The translations under genes and the position numbers were made by a program. Source: an uncultured Prevotellaceae bacterium (lineage in GTDB: Bacteria > Bacteroidota > Bacteroidia > Bacteroidales > Bacteroidaceae). From it: a DNA stretch of 33,481 bases. Numbering within the stretch: position 1 is the stretch's first letter; each line of letters begins with the position of its first letter. The notes under the pieces were generated by a model, which saw only the letters and a list, made by a program, of their open reading frames with translations, was not told the DNA's origin and did no database searches. The stretch is taken from NCBI GenBank assembly GCA_945787235.1, contig CALZGT010000001.1, positions 1 through 33,481 of the forward strand. Reading direction: 5' to 3'. Shown here in pieces: positions 1 to 8,012 of this stretch.

Positions 1-82
1 GTCGCTGTAACTTTATCATGCAGGTATTAGTACCTGTAGTTTATCGAATGCTTACTGTGATTCATCGAATTCACGTTAATTA

Positions 83-2419
83 TTAGTACTGGGGCAGGGG
101 GAAGTACCAGTTCTTGGTGTCGAGCAGCTTGTTGTAGAGTGCACTGTTCACGCTGCCACTGCGCTGGCTCACGCGCTTGGCCAGGTAGCTGGCATCACCG
201 CGGCGGTGGGCCACACGCATCAGGTCAAAGAAACGGGTACCCTCGAAGGCCAGCTCCAGGGCTTCCTCATCGACGATGAGGTCCTCGATGTAGTTCTGGA
301 TCTGTGCATCGTATGCACCGCCGTAGATGTCTGCCTTGCTCAGGGTCAGGCCTTCCTTGGCCGCTGCCTGCTGGATGAGTGCCACGTAGTCATAGACGCT
401 GTTCCTCATCTGGCTGGGAGGTATGACACCGCAGCCACGGGTGTGGATACCCAGGGTGGCATTGTCCTCGCTGGCATCGTAGGTCTCGCCCTTCGTGCTA
501 GCATAGATAACGGAGAGGTCGTTGCTGTAGTGGAACTGGTAGTTCTTCACGTTACCGTTGAAGTTGTTGATGTCGAAGTTCAGGAAAGGAGCCTGCTTCT
601 TCACCTCGCGGGCATCGAGGTAGTACAGCATCACGTCGCTGTTCTCATCCACGTAGTTCTCGTAGCTGACGGGTTCCCATGTATATTGCTCGTTGGAGAC
701 AGCACCGAAGGAACCATTCTCCACCAGGGCTTGGAAGGCAGCCTGAAGTTCAGCCTTGGTGCCGTATTCGCTTGTGCCGGTGGGGAATACTTGCTGCGTG
801 GTCTCGGTGGTGGTGACAGGGTTGCCTTCCTCATCCACGATATCATTGCCTTCCTCATCTACGGCAGGAATCTCGGTGGTCATGTTGAAGGTGACATAGT
901 AGGCGCTGTCCTTCACGGCAAAGTCGCTGTAGATTACGTTGCCGTCGGCATCGAGGATTTCCCTGGGGTACCAGGTATCGTTCTTGCACAGACCATTCTT
1001 GAGGATGGCAAAGGCGTAGCTGGGATAGCCTGCACGGTTCAGGGCCTCGGCATAGCGGAGCCATACCATGGCCTTACGGTAGATCATGGGATAGACGGTG
1101 GTGAAGCTGCCGCCGGGATTCTGCTTGGTGACGAACTTCTCCGTGCTGCTCATGCCGTTGGGATAGTATTGGTAGATATCCTGTACCCAGTACTGGCGTG
1201 CATCGCCGAAGCCTTCCTTGACGCTGAGCGTCATGTTGGCTGCCGTCTCGTTGTCAGCACCGATGAGCAGTTCGTACTGCTGGGCATTGCAGAGGTTGAA
1301 GTAGCCAGTGCTGGCTGCCAGCTGCTTGGCGTTGTACTGGGGAGTCAGGCGCACGGAGGCCGTGGTCAGTGAGTCGTTGGCACCGGTGCTTACGCTGATT
1401 TCAGAGGTATAGCCGAAGAGGTCGTTGACACCACGCAGTACGGTACCCCACAGCTTGTTGGTGGAAGAGGGGATGCAGGTGATGCTCTCCTGCGTACGGC
1501 TCTGGGCACCCTTCTCCGTCCAGGGGGTCCCACCATTCAAACCTGTGTACTCGGGCTTGTCCATGCGGTCAGTCTTGTACGTCATGTAACTGTAGCTGCT
1601 GGGCAGGGCACCACCGGGCTGCAGCTTGCCGTTGCCGCGCGTGTTGCCCAGGTAGTTGTAGTAGTACTGGGCAGCCTTGGCACAGCTGGCGGCATCACCC
1701 TTGGTGAGGTAGAGGTCGCCGAGGATGAGGTTGAGGGGTATCATGGCCTTGGTACTGTGGCACACGGTAGAGGTGAAGCCATAGTTCTCATAGCTGGGGA
1801 ATCCGTACTGTGTCTCGATGGCCAGGGCACGGGTCAGGAAGGGCTCCAGCAGGTCAGCCAGGTTATCGGCGTTGGCCTTGGGGTGATTGGGGTCACTGAT
1901 GAAGTTGTTGATCTTGTCCGTAGTGAGCAGGGGCTCGGTGTAGAAGGGCACTTCCCCATAGACCTGGATAAGCTGAAGGTAGGTCCAGGCACGGATGGCC
2001 TCTACCTGGGCGTACTCCTTCATCATGTAGGGCTGGTTGGTACCTGTCAGCAGGGTGGTGTCAGCCGAGGCCAGGTAGGCGTTGCAGGAGTTGATGACGT
2101 GGTAGAAGTCACTGGCACGCAGATAGCGGTTGCTGCCGTCGGTGGCCTTCTCCATGTCAAAGTCCAGGATGCTCTTGATGCTGTCGCTCAGGTAGGCGGT
2201 ACCATCCACGAGGTCACCGCGGCACTCGCCCAGCACCACATAGCGCTCGCCTATGTTCTGCATCGAGCGAAGGATGCCCCAGTAGGAGTACAGCGTATCG
2301 CCGGCTACCTCATAAGAATGGCGCTCGCTGTCAGGAGAAAGCATGTCCTGGCATGAGCTGAGACCCATGCCCAGGGTGGCGCTTCCCAAAAGTGATAATA
2401 TGATTGCTTTAACTTTCAT
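83..2419 (-). CDS. SusD/RagB-family outer-membrane nutrient-binding lipoprotein, unusually long at 778 aa
   Basis: ATG start confirmed (cat at 2417-2419). Lipoprotein signal MKVKAIILSLLGSATLGMGLSSC followed by QD. SusD-like N-terminal region (YSYWGILRSMQN). Canonical SusD C-terminal motif EEALELAFEGTRFFDLMR. Lies immediately downstream of a SusC-like gene. Confidence 0.9.
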   Translation of the reverse strand: MKVKAIILSLLGSATLGMGLSSCQDMLSPDSERHSYEVAGDTLYSYWGILRSMQNIGERYVVLGECRGDLVDGTAYLSDSIKSILDFDMEKATDGSNRYLRASDFYHVINSCNAYLASADTTLLTGTNQPYMMKEYAQVEAIRAWTYLQLIQVYGEVPFYTEPLLTTDKINNFISDPNHPKANADNLADLLEPFLTRALAIETQYGFPSYENYGFTSTVCHSTKAMIPLNLILGDLYLTKGDAASCAKAAQYYYNYLGNTRGNGKLQPGGALPSSYSYMTYKTDRMDKPEYTGLNGGTPWTEKGAQSRTQESITCIPSSTNKLWGTVLRGVNDLFGYTSEISVSTGANDSLTTASVRLTPQYNAKQLAASTGYFNLCNAQQYELLIGADNETAANMTLSVKEGFGDARQYWVQDIYQYYPNGMSSTEKFVTKQNPGGSFTTVYPMIYRKAMVWLRYAEALNRAGYPSYAFAILKNGLCKNDTWYPREILDADGNVIYSDFAVKDSAYYVTFNMTTEIPAVDEEGNDIVDEEGNPVTTTETTQQVFPTGTSEYGTKAELQAAFQALVENGSFGAVSNEQYTWEPVSYENYVDENSDVMLYYLDAREVKKQAPFLNFDINNFNGNVKNYQFHYSNDLSVIYASTKGETYDASEDNATLGIHTRGCGVIPPSQMRNSVYDYVALIQQAAAKEGLTLSKADIYGGAYDAQIQNYIEDLIVDEEALELAFEGTRFFDLMRVAHRRGDASYLAKRVSQRSGSVNSALYNKLLDTKNWYFPLPQY

Positions 2420-2442
2420 AATGCTTTTGTTTTAGTGGTTGT

Positions 2443-2582
2443 CCAGAGAGGCTGGGGTGGCTAGGGATTTTTAGTTGTTTTAGTTTTTCTAGTTGTTCTA
2501 GTTAAACTAGTTTTTCTAGTTTTTCTAGCTATTCTAGTTAAACTAGTTCTTCTAGTTTTTCTAGTTCTCCAAGCCTCTCTGG
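2443..2582. repeat. 9-bp-periodic CTAG-core tandem array (about 12 units) bracketed by an 11-bp perfect inverted repeat, in the susC-susD spacer
   Basis: CTAG starts at 2461, 2489, 2498, 2507, 2516, 2525, 2534, 2543, 2552 and 2561, with degenerate TTAG at 2471 and 2480. A 36-bp higher-order duplication covers 2498-2533 and 2534-2569 (32/36 identical). Inverted repeat ccagagaggct (2443-2453) pairs with agcctctctgg (2572-2582). Confidence 0.9.
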
Positions 2583-2589
2583 TTTTTGA

Positions 2590-5500
2590 TTAGAGATTGA
2601 TAGAAAGTCCTATGTTGAAACTACGTCCGCGGGGAACGAGGCCATTGTCAATTCCCTGGTAGAGGGTGCTGTTGCGGGCGGACATCTCAGGATCGGTACC
2701 GAGGTACTTGGTGAGGGTCAGCAGGTTGTTGCCTTCTGCCCATACCTTCAGGCCCTGCAGCCAGGAGTTGCTGAAAGGTACAGTGTAGGTGAGACGTACG
2801 TTCTTCAGCTTCAGGTAGCTGCCGTCCTCAATCCAGCGGTCGCTCATGCGCTCGTTGTTGCGCCAGTCATCGCTGTCCAGGTAGCAAACCTTGGGAATGC
2901 TCGTGCGCTGTCCCTCGTAGGTCCAGCGGTTGGTCATGGCCGTGGTCTGGTTGTAGGTGGTGTTGCCACCCTCCAGGATGCTGCGCTGGTAGTTGTAGAT
3001 GTCGTTGCCTAATGAATACTTGAAGTTCACGTCGAGGCGCAGGTTCTTCCAACTCAGGGAGGTGTAGATGTTACCATAGAGGTCGGGGTTGGGATTGCCT
3101 ATCACCACCTTGTCGTTGTCATCAATGACACCGTCACCATTCTGATCTACAAAGCGGACGTCACCGGCCTGGAAGTTTACGTAGGGATTCTCTGCCAGTC
3201 CCGTGGGGTACTTGAGGTAACCCTGGGCACCTGCGGTGCTGGCCTCGGCATCCGTAGAAAGCACGCCGTTGGTCTGCCATCCGTAGAAGCTGCCGGCAGC
3301 GTAACCTACGGCGGTGAGGATGTTCTTATCACCATATACGCTGGACACATAGCCGTTCAGACGGCCCGTCACGTTGCCAGAGGCATCGGTGAGGGTAATC
3401 TGGTTGGCAGCGGGCATCTTGGTCACTTCGTTCTTGTAGTGACCCAGGGTAGCACCTACTTCCCATTTCCAATCCTTCTTGTTGATGATGATGCCGTTCA
3501 GGTTGGCTTCTACACCGCGGTTGGTCATGGCTCCCTCATTGGTCCAGTACTGGCTCATACCGGAGATGTAGGAGAGGTCCTTGATGGTCAGCATGTTGTC
3601 CGTCTTGTGCCAGAAGAGGTCAAGGCCGGCATGCAGACGGTTGTTGAGGAACGAACCTTCGAGGGCTACGTTGTACTTCGTGGTTGTCTCCCACTGGATG
3701 GTACTGTTCTCGATGTTCTTGAGGTAGAGACCGACGGTGTTCTCAGTGACGCGCTGGCTCTCCCAGTAGGTACGTGCGGCATAGTAGTCGAGGTCGTCGT
3801 TACCGCTCTGATCTACACCGGCCGTCAGCTTCAGGTAGTTGACGTTCTTGTTGGTCTTGAACCACTTCTCGTTGCTGAGTACCCAACCCAACTGCAGTGA
3901 GGGGAAGATACCCCAGCTCACACCACCGATGTGGAGGCCGTCCTTGGTGTTGTCACCGAACTTGGAACTGGCCTCGGAACTGAGGGTGAACTGTGCAAAG
4001 TAACGGTTGGCATAGTTGTAGGTGGCATCGAGGTAGTAGGTCATGTCGATCCAGTTGTCCTTGGTACCGCCATAGTTTACGAACTGCATGTTCTTGCTGA
4101 TGTTGGGCAGCTTGTCGTTCTCATTGTTGTAGCCACGAATGTAGCTGTAGCTGTAGGAGTAGTTGTTGTAGCGCCAGCCACCCATGACATCGATGTGGTG
4201 TGCCCCGTACTTGTTCTTCCACTCCAGGGTGAGGTCGTTGTTCACCGTGGTTTCCTTGGTGAACTGTGACTTCAGCACCGAGGTGATGTTGCCCAGGTCG
4301 GTAAGTTCATAAAGGGTAGTACCGTTGATGGGGAGGAAGTACTTCTCGTTGTTGCGGTTCAACTGGTAGTTGAAACGGTCCTGGATGGAGAACTGCTTCG
4401 TAATCTGGTACTTGGGAGCTACGTTGATGTTGATCTGGGTCAGCTCGGCATAGTTCTTGTTCTTGCCCTCACCGTTGCGGACAATCCAATAGGGATTGCG
4501 CAGCGCCTCGTTGATGCCCATGTACTTGGGGAACTTGAAGGGGTTCTGAATCCACGTCGTGCTGCTCTTGGAAGCGTACTTGCCCGCATATTCATTAGAG
4601 AGTGACAGCTGGTTGTTGTTGTTCTCATCCATGTAGTATGCGTAGGGGCTCAGCATGGGAGCAGAGATGAGACCGAGGACATTGGTAGAACCGATGTTCT
4701 GCATGTCGTAGTTCTCGCTCCATCCGTTGTCGAGCACGTTGTAGGCCGTCTGGTTGTAGGCTACGTCAAGGGCTGTGGTAATCTTGTCGGTAATCTTGAT
4801 GTCGGTGTTGAAGCGCAGGTTCAGGCGGCTGTAGTCATTGCCCTTCTGCGTACCGTCTCCCTTGGTGTAGCCTAAGGAGAGCGAGTACATACCGATTTCG
4901 TCACCACCTTCCACATTGATCTTGTAGTTCTGCACGAAGGTATTGTGGTACATGTCCTTCTGCCAGTCGGTGTTGTTGTGGAATACGTTGTAGTAGTAGT
5001 TGGGATTGTCGTTGAGGAAGGCTGTGTTCACGTTGTCCGTGTTGCTCCAGTTCTGTTCGCGGAAATCCTTTACGGTGCTGGCCAGTTCACCCAGGTAGGT
5101 GCGGTACTGGTTACCATTCATCACGTCGAGTTTCTTGGGTACGAACTCCATACCGCCGAAGATGCGCACGTTGATCTTGGTGGCCATGGAGCGTCCGCGC
5201 TTTGTCTTGATGATGATGACGCCGTTGGCACCCTTGGCACCATAGAGGGCTGTCGCATTCTTCAGCACCTCTACGCTTTCCACGTTTTCAGGGTCGAGAC
5301 CCGAAAGGATGTTGTTGTAGAATCCCTCGTGGAGCGAGGTGCGTTCGTACTCAGGGTCGATGATGTTGCCGTCCAGCACGATGAGGGGCTGGGCGTTGGC
5401 ATTGATGCTGTTCACACCGCGGATGGTCAAGTAGGAACCCTGACCGAGCATACCGCTGCGGCTGGTGCTGCGCACGTCGCCTGCCAGGTGGTTCTCAATC

Positions 5501-6003
5501 TCAGTCTCCACGGTGATGCTGCTGGACTGGTCTATCTGCTTGCCGCTGCGGCTGGTGATGGTGGTGCCATCGGTGTAGTAGCCGCGCAACTGGGCACTGA
5601 TGAGGCTTGCGTCCTGGCCTGTCTTGCCCTTGATGGCTAACTGCAGGGGCTGGTAGTCGGGGGCATAGACATAGAGGCTTGTCGTGAAGGTAGGTACGGA
5701 GAGCTTGTAGCTACCGTCCTCCTCGGTCAGACAAGACCAGCGTTCACCGCCCAAGGCCTGTACGCGTACACCGCCCATGGGGTCGCCGGTGGCATTGTCG
5801 GTGATGCGACCGCTCACCTCCATCATCTCATATTTCTTTTCTTCCTTCGCTTTCTGTGCCTTGCGCTTGTCATAGGCGACGCCACTGTTCTCCGTGTTGT
5901 CGTCCTGAGCCATGGCGGGCAGCACGCCTACGCTGGAAAGCATAGCCATGCACAGACCATACTGGAAGGTCTTGTGCAGGAGTCTTTTTGTTGTATCTTT
6001 CAT
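2590..6003 (-). CDS. SusC/RagA-family TonB-dependent outer-membrane transporter (1137 aa)
   Basis: ATG at 6001-6003. Signal peptide ends in PAMAQDD. Carboxypeptidase-regulatory-like N-domain (VSGRITDNATGDPMGGVRVQA...EDGSYKL). Plug motifs TIRGVNSINANAQPLIVLDGNII and NATALYGAKGANGVIIIKTKRG. SusC Ca-binding-like motif GDVRFVDQNGDGVIDDND. No STN domain. Confidence 0.93.
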   Translation of the reverse strand: MKDTTKRLLHKTFQYGLCMAMLSSVGVLPAMAQDDNTENSGVAYDKRKAQKAKEEKKYEMMEVSGRITDNATGDPMGGVRVQALGGERWSCLTEEDGSYKLSVPTFTTSLYVYAPDYQPLQLAIKGKTGQDASLISAQLRGYYTDGTTITSRSGKQIDQSSSITVETEIENHLAGDVRSTSRSGMLGQGSYLTIRGVNSINANAQPLIVLDGNIIDPEYERTSLHEGFYNNILSGLDPENVESVEVLKNATALYGAKGANGVIIIKTKRGRSMATKINVRIFGGMEFVPKKLDVMNGNQYRTYLGELASTVKDFREQNWSNTDNVNTAFLNDNPNYYYNVFHNNTDWQKDMYHNTFVQNYKINVEGGDEIGMYSLSLGYTKGDGTQKGNDYSRLNLRFNTDIKITDKITTALDVAYNQTAYNVLDNGWSENYDMQNIGSTNVLGLISAPMLSPYAYYMDENNNNQLSLSNEYAGKYASKSSTTWIQNPFKFPKYMGINEALRNPYWIVRNGEGKNKNYAELTQININVAPKYQITKQFSIQDRFNYQLNRNNEKYFLPINGTTLYELTDLGNITSVLKSQFTKETTVNNDLTLEWKNKYGAHHIDVMGGWRYNNYSYSYSYIRGYNNENDKLPNISKNMQFVNYGGTKDNWIDMTYYLDATYNYANRYFAQFTLSSEASSKFGDNTKDGLHIGGVSWGIFPSLQLGWVLSNEKWFKTNKNVNYLKLTAGVDQSGNDDLDYYAARTYWESQRVTENTVGLYLKNIENSTIQWETTTKYNVALEGSFLNNRLHAGLDLFWHKTDNMLTIKDLSYISGMSQYWTNEGAMTNRGVEANLNGIIINKKDWKWEVGATLGHYKNEVTKMPAANQITLTDASGNVTGRLNGYVSSVYGDKNILTAVGYAAGSFYGWQTNGVLSTDAEASTAGAQGYLKYPTGLAENPYVNFQAGDVRFVDQNGDGVIDDNDKVVIGNPNPDLYGNIYTSLSWKNLRLDVNFKYSLGNDIYNYQRSILEGGNTTYNQTTAMTNRWTYEGQRTSIPKVCYLDSDDWRNNERMSDRWIEDGSYLKLKNVRLTYTVPFSNSWLQGLKVWAEGNNLLTLTKYLGTDPEMSARNSTLYQGIDNGLVPRGRSFNIGLSINL

Positions 6004-6036
6004 ATTCGTGATATTTGAATTAGGGGTGAGTGTTCG

Positions 6037-7974
6037 TTACTCTGTGGGGGCTTCTGCAGGGTCCTTGGCCACCATGATGATACGGTCGATACAGAGGTTG
6101 TTGGCGAATTTCTTGCCGGGATAGTTCTTGTCCGTACCTTTTCGTTCACTGGATGAACTGTTGGTTCCCAACTCCAGTACAGGCCAGCTGTAGCGCAGGT
6201 TCTTGTAACTGTAGGGGAAGGTGAAGTCCTTGAACAGCCAGATGGTATCTACCTTCAGTCCGTCATATATCACATTGTCCGCCTTGGTAAGGTTCTTCTT
6301 GTCGTTGGTAGCACCCTTGGAGGAACTGTTGTTGTTGCAGTAGTACAGGGTAGCCGTGATACGATGGCACAGTGTGTCGCCCTCGATGGTGTCGCTACTG
6401 GTCTTGTAGAAGTCGGGGACGCAGACTACACCGATGTCATAGGTGCCGCTCATCACCTCGCTTTCGCGGTTTTCACCGTCGGTGCCGAGGAGCTTGAAGA
6501 GGAACTTGATGGAGGTACCATCACCTGTGGGACGGAGTTCATAGAAATTGTTGTAGCTTACGGTACCTACCGTATCTACCCAGTCCTTGGCCACGGCGTT
6601 GCTGAAGGAGTAAGGCTGCGTGCTGCCGCTGAAACTCTGCGAGTCGTACCAGCAAGCCCATCCAATCTCGATGTTCAGGTTGGGCTGGTAGAGCTTCCTC
6701 GGGAAGTTCCAATTGTCGGTCATCACGCCGATACCATTACTCATCTTTATCTGCTTCTTGCCTGCCCAGAGACTCGTCTTGAGCCACTCGTTGTCTGTGC
6801 GGAGGGTATCACCGAAGGTGTTCAGGAGATACTCTATCTCACCGTCACCGGCTGCAATCAGTTCCTCGGTGTTCCAAAGAGGAGCTGAGGTGCTGCGCTT
6901 GGGCTGTCTGCGGGCATTGAACACGGTGGGAGAGATGATGTCCATGTTGATGCTCTGGTCGGTCAGGGAGTCCATCATGTCCTCAGTAATCTCACGGGTG
7001 GCATCCACGTGGCTGTCGCCCTTGTCGCTATCCACATAGTAGTTGGCGTACTTGTAGAGGGGCTTCAGACGGTTGTAGGCTGCCTCCCAGGCGGCATCCG
7101 TGGGAACTATCATCACGAAATCAGAGTCCTCACCCTCGATGTTGGCACCGAAGCTCTCCATGTAGGTCAGGTTCTTGTCTGAGTTGGTCGTAGTGAGGCG
7201 CTTGGTGCTGAAGAACATCTGGTTGGTGTTCGTATAGGCACTATCTACATAGGTGGGGTTGCCGTTGGCATCGGGATTACCCTCGATACTGTTGTACTCG
7301 TTGAAGTAGGTCGTATCGGTGTCCAGAATGTATGCATGATAGCGTGACACGCTGTTCTCGTTGGCATTGTAGCTGTCCTTGAGGTATTCGTACAGGTTGT
7401 ACTTGAAGGGCAGGTTCTCTGCCAGTGTGTGCAGGGTACCGTTGCTGGCCTCGATGTTCTTCTGCTTGATGGCTATCTTCTGCATCGTACCGTTCTTCTT
7501 GTCCAGTTCCAGGCGTTTGCCGTTGATCATCTGCAGGGTGTCGAGCCCCTCACCGATGACGCTGTAGCGCCACAAGGATACGGTGTTGGCCATCAGCTGC
7601 TGGTGAACACCATAGGGATTGGTTTCGAGCATCGATTCCCACTTGGCCACCTCAGCCTCTGTGAGTGCATCGTTCTCGGGGGCAAAGACCGTCATCAGCT
7701 GGGTGCCGCTGAGCATGTCCTTGTAGGTATAGGGCTTTCCTGTCTTGGGATTCGTCAGGGGATGTACCTGATCCTTGTAGTAGGTGGTCTTCTCTGCCAG
7801 AGCTGCATAGCGGCTCAGGTTCGGATTGGCCTTGATGCGCTCCCAGAGCGTTTCGGTGGCAGAGGTGCCTTCCGTAGGATTGTAGTGCTCGTCCCAGGTG
7901 TCGGTACATGAAGCACAGAGCACGAGGGCAGTGGCACCCAATCCCAGTTTTATGTTATTGATGATTCTTTTCAT
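6037..7974 (-). CDS. Surface lipoprotein with an N-terminal fasciclin (FAS1) domain and a roughly 450-aa uncharacterised C-terminal region
   Basis: Lipoprotein signal ...ALVLCASC followed by TDTWDE, where the acidic residues after Cys suggest surface export. FAS1 H1-like motif LMTVFAPENDAL and H2-like motif SNGTLHTLAENLPF. Confidence 0.75.
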   Translation of the reverse strand: MKRIINNIKLGLGATALVLCASCTDTWDEHYNPTEGTSATETLWERIKANPNLSRYAALAEKTTYYKDQVHPLTNPKTGKPYTYKDMLSGTQLMTVFAPENDALTEAEVAKWESMLETNPYGVHQQLMANTVSLWRYSVIGEGLDTLQMINGKRLELDKKNGTMQKIAIKQKNIEASNGTLHTLAENLPFKYNLYEYLKDSYNANENSVSRYHAYILDTDTTYFNEYNSIEGNPDANGNPTYVDSAYTNTNQMFFSTKRLTTTNSDKNLTYMESFGANIEGEDSDFVMIVPTDAAWEAAYNRLKPLYKYANYYVDSDKGDSHVDATREITEDMMDSLTDQSINMDIISPTVFNARRQPKRSTSAPLWNTEELIAAGDGEIEYLLNTFGDTLRTDNEWLKTSLWAGKKQIKMSNGIGVMTDNWNFPRKLYQPNLNIEIGWACWYDSQSFSGSTQPYSFSNAVAKDWVDTVGTVSYNNFYELRPTGDGTSIKFLFKLLGTDGENRESEVMSGTYDIGVVCVPDFYKTSSDTIEGDTLCHRITATLYYCNNNSSSKGATNDKKNLTKADNVIYDGLKVDTIWLFKDFTFPYSYKNLRYSWPVLELGTNSSSSERKGTDKNYPGKKFANNLCIDRIIMVAKDPAEAPTE

Positions 7975-8012
7975 ATCGTTTGTTGTTTGGTCGTTTTCAA
8001 CTATAAAAACAC

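Noticed and set aside
21-36. A 6-bp hairpin (caggta/tacctg) downstream of the distal SusD stop as a terminator.
   Set aside because: The stem is too short and AT-rich, there is no U-tract, and it lies at the window edge without context.
2461-2569. Whether the repeat arrays (also 12250-12351 and 28631-28786) are CRISPR arrays.
   Set aside because: The repeat unit is only 9 bp and there are no unique spacers between units. No cas genes are nearby, and the arrays are far shorter than CRISPR repeat-spacer periodicity.
2443-2582. Whether the inverted-repeat-bounded arrays are MITEs or IS remnants.
   Set aside because: No transposase or target-site duplication can be seen, and the inverted repeats differ between the three copies. 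The interiors are tandem 9-mers rather than unique sequence. A mobile origin cannot be excluded without empty-site comparisons, so it remains an alternative under the findings.
2420-2589. Small peptide-coding ORFs or internal promoters inside the susC-susD spacers.
   Set aside because: CTAG, TAA and TGA stops recur every few codons on both strands. No TAnnTTTG box is present on the minus strand in either spacer.
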